Of a DNA stretch of 64,000 nucleotides, positions 60,901 to 64,000 are shown one piece after another. The notes under the pieces were generated by a model, which saw only the letters and a list, made by a program, of their open reading frames with translations, was not told the DNA's origin and ran no database searches. The first letter of the stretch is position 1, and each line of letters starts with the position of its first letter. Source of the DNA: Marsupella aquatica (taxonomy: Eukaryota; Plantae; Marchantiophyta); assembly GCA_973895155.1 (NCBI GenBank), contig OZ316898.1, forward strand, positions 4,216,480 through 4,280,479. The letters run 5' to 3'. A program made the translations under genes and the position numbers.

Positions 60901-62914
60901 CAGCAATCTTCCTGATTCTACGAGTGGCCATGTATCTTCTCAACGTCGCTTTCTAGATTGCTAAGTTGTGTTATCAATGCAAGGGATTTCATTGTCCTTT
61001 TCTCTTTTGTCATTTACTTCAGGTTTCCACTCATTGCTCCTTTCATGTATTTGTACTATTCACATTTTACAGAGATTGTTTATTCTTCTTTCCAACTAAA
61101 TAAATTTATTTTTTCATGCTTTCAGTCCAAGCCTATTCAATTTGTTCCCTGTTTGGCTACAAATAAAAATATTTAAGAGCATATTTTGTTTGCCCTTCAG
61201 AATTTTTATCTTTTACGTTCATATTTTGATGGCAGTTCTGTAGGTCCAATTGAAATACAAACATGTAGCCTGATCGAAGATGCATGTTAGGCACTTGAGG
61301 GGCAAACTCTTTGACTACCAGTGTATAGTTTCTAGCCCTGACTACCTGTTCTTTGAACATGAATAGACGGGAGGACAATAAATATATCACCAAAATATAT
61401 ACCCTACTCACATTCTTTGAATGATAAAAAATAATCATGCATGTCATCATTTTAATAATCATCCATAACATATCAGACTCTTTTCTATGCATATCCTTCT
61501 TTCTATATATGCACATATGTTATGGTGTGGGCATAGAACCCATTTTTTTAATACAAATAGAAATCATGACAAAAAGTATACATGATTATCATTTGACATA
61601 CATCATAGTCATGTCATGAATTTTGCATCCACATGATGAGCCATGGAGTTATAGTCTCTAAGAGACTTCATTCTAGAAGCCTAGGCCACAACTCTAGCTT
61701 ATAATTGAAATTTTATAAGTTAGGTATAGTACCAACAGCTATTGTAGGCGCCAATGTGCCTAACCTGGAAATGGGGGCAATGCCAATGTTTGGGTAACAA
61801 GGAAATGGGGGCAAATAGGTGATACTATATTCATTTTTGGTTAATCATTCTAAGATTCTTCTCAATTCAGTAGTTACATTAGATGATATTTATATTAATA
61901 ATATATATATATATATTTCTAATAAATATTAAATTATTATTTAATCTTATCATAAACAAATAACAAAAGTTGTACATGTAGGTTGCCTATTATAACAAGA
62001 TAATGTTATATCTAAAATAAATAATAACATCATCTTATAAGTAAAAAGTATTATCCAATAATAAATATAACAATTCTTATAATATTATTATATTCTACTT
62101 AAAAAATAGGGTTACATTTGTGAAACCTCACAAAAAGGGAACAATCAATCAAAACAGTTGAACTCAAAACCTATTGATCTCCACTCAAGTGAGTTACAGC
62201 ACACCCTATTGTTTTTCTTGGGGCCCTTTCCCCTCTTTTCCTTCTTGGGTTGCTTTGCCTTTGGGATCATGTGTCCAGGGTTCTGCCTTTTTTGCCCTTG
62301 GGCAGTGTGATATATTGATCTCCACTCAACACTGCCTTTGTCAGAATAGCTCGCCAGCTTATTTAGAATAACTGTAATCTTTTGTAATAAGTTACCACTG
62401 TCTTACTACTGTTAGTATCACACTAAGTTATCCAAGGGCTCCCACAATGACAAAGGAAACTGACTGTGACTAAGTTTGGGGCACAATGATGGACTCTGCA
62501 AAACACTGTCTTTACATATGGGTCTCAAGCACCACTGTCAGGATGAGCCATATTTAATAACTCCGTAGAGGGAATGATTTGGTGTGCAGGGTGAGTGTAC
62601 TGAGAGTTTAGTTGTCACTCTTCAATGTTGGAACAGTAATTAGATATAAATTATTCTTACCATCTTCTCTTTCAAAAGGTTACATTACCCACCTTGGCTA
62701 GAGAGGAAAAACTTAAAAATACACTGGTGCAAACATTTTTAAACTTTGGCTTCTTCTGTCAAGGGTTTTTATATGTATTTCATTTCATTTTCAATTCATA
62801 TTTGGGTGTTGAGTGTATTTCCGAGACGCAAAGGCCCTCTAATTATATTTCTCACACAGCCAAAACACACCAAAGCAGACCAACCGCAAAACGCGATCCT
62901 GCAGGCGAGAGACT

Positions 62915-63148
62915 CAATAGAGGGAGGTAACAAGACAACCCCTAGGAAGACCAAAGAACCAAAAAGCCCTTCCAATTTGCTTTGCAATAAAGAGTCAAAA
63001 GTGCCCCAGGTATATGTTGAATGGACCCAAATAGAGGGAGGTAACAAAGGAACCCCCTAGGGAGACCAAATATCCAAAAAGCCATTCCGATCTGCTTTGT
63101 AATAAAATAGTCAAAAGTGCCCCAGGTATATGTTAAGTGGACCCCAAA
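62915..63148. repeat. Two-copy ~114-bp tandem duplication
   Basis: AATAGAGGGAGGTAACAA..GTCAAAAGTGCCCCAGGTATATGTT repeated. Confidence 0.8.
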
Positions 63149-64000
63149 ATGAAAATGTGACCCCATAAATGATCCATACCGTTGATACCTGGAATCAAGT
63201 ACCCGAAACCTCAACGATTGGTTGGGAGAAAACTTTTGCTTTGGGGTCCATCAGGCATATACGTCCAAGTGCCCCGCATCTTGTAAAACTACTCCTTTTC
63301 ATTCATCCCAATTTGAGAAAAGTGGTCACCTGAACAGTCCGCCGCCAAATTCCTGCAAAGCCTGAAAAGGCACAAAGGCACAAAGTCACAAAGTCACAAA
63401 ACACAATATGGTTTCCTGAGGGCGGGCAGGCCACGCCGGGTCCAACTGGACGGGCAGTTCAATAAACTTAATGATAACTACAATTCAGACTGATTGCTCT
63501 CGGGCTGTGCGGGCAGTCCGAAGTGGCCTGCTCTGTCGAGAGGGCAGCAGGGCGGGCAGGGCCAACTATAATACAGACACGGGCCATTGGGCCAACCTCC
63601 TGCCCGTTGGGTCAAATGGGGAGAAAACACCGCAACAAGTCCGGGCAGCCCGGCGGGAGTGTGCAGGCTATTGTCGGCGGGCAGCGTGGACAGGATGGGA
63701 TTGTAATGTATATAATAATTAAACTTATTATATACTACTATCAGTGATGAGAAGCGGTCAAGCCGCGCCGGGCAGGACAGCAAGAACGAACTCGAGGGAC
63801 ACAGCTGACGGCGGCGATGAGATCGCAGATTCGAGCCAGTTAGCCAACGAAGCGCGCAAGCAACCACGCGGTGAGTCATCTAGGCTACGTCGACGGTGGG
63901 CAGGAGGACAGCATAGTAGATTGGTAGCAGCAGCAGCACTATGGCCCTATGGCCCTATGGGACTGGGACGACGGTCGGACCGGCCACCCGTAAGGAACGG

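Noticed and set aside
60950-64000. Host gene or promoter at the right end
   Set aside because: Short ORFs without recognisable motifs; the GC-rich tail may border a gene outside the window but nothing can be called

Overview
Eukaryotic, land-plant-type, transposon-dense DNA with no clear host gene. A non-seed plant origin is an inference only. Left to right: (1) a decayed Tnt1/Tork-like Ty1/Copia element (to 6437) with a 1.1-kb solo LTR inserted in its RT; (2) a second copia RT relic; (3) a 3'-truncated copy of a ~4-kb TG..CA unit (family B, probably a giant solo LTR) carrying its own ~860-codon ORF, joined by deletion to a truncated Ty3/Gypsy (family A, copy A2); (4) a ~12.9-kb cut-and-paste DNA transposon (23420-51825, 22-bp TIRs, 4-bp TAAC TSD) with a Sola/DUF7869-like DDD transposase on the minus strand. 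On the plus strand it carries a 5-exon cargo gene that appears to fuse a ParB/Srx-like domain, a beta-class amino-methyltransferase-like domain and an FCP1/NIF-type HAD phosphatase domain, with palindromic repeat arrays in its introns and upstream of the transposase; (5) a young full-length Gypsy (A1, 26549-42046) inserted in that transposase, whose two 4637-bp LTRs each contain a ~1200-codon sense ORF and whose gag-PR/RT junction looks like a -1 frameshift signal; (6) two further family B units nested in opposite orientation (52829-60261) inside a LINE relic. The main candidate novelties are the cargo-carrying Sola-like transposon and the gene-encoding giant LTRs. All domain assignments are by motif recognition, not database search.
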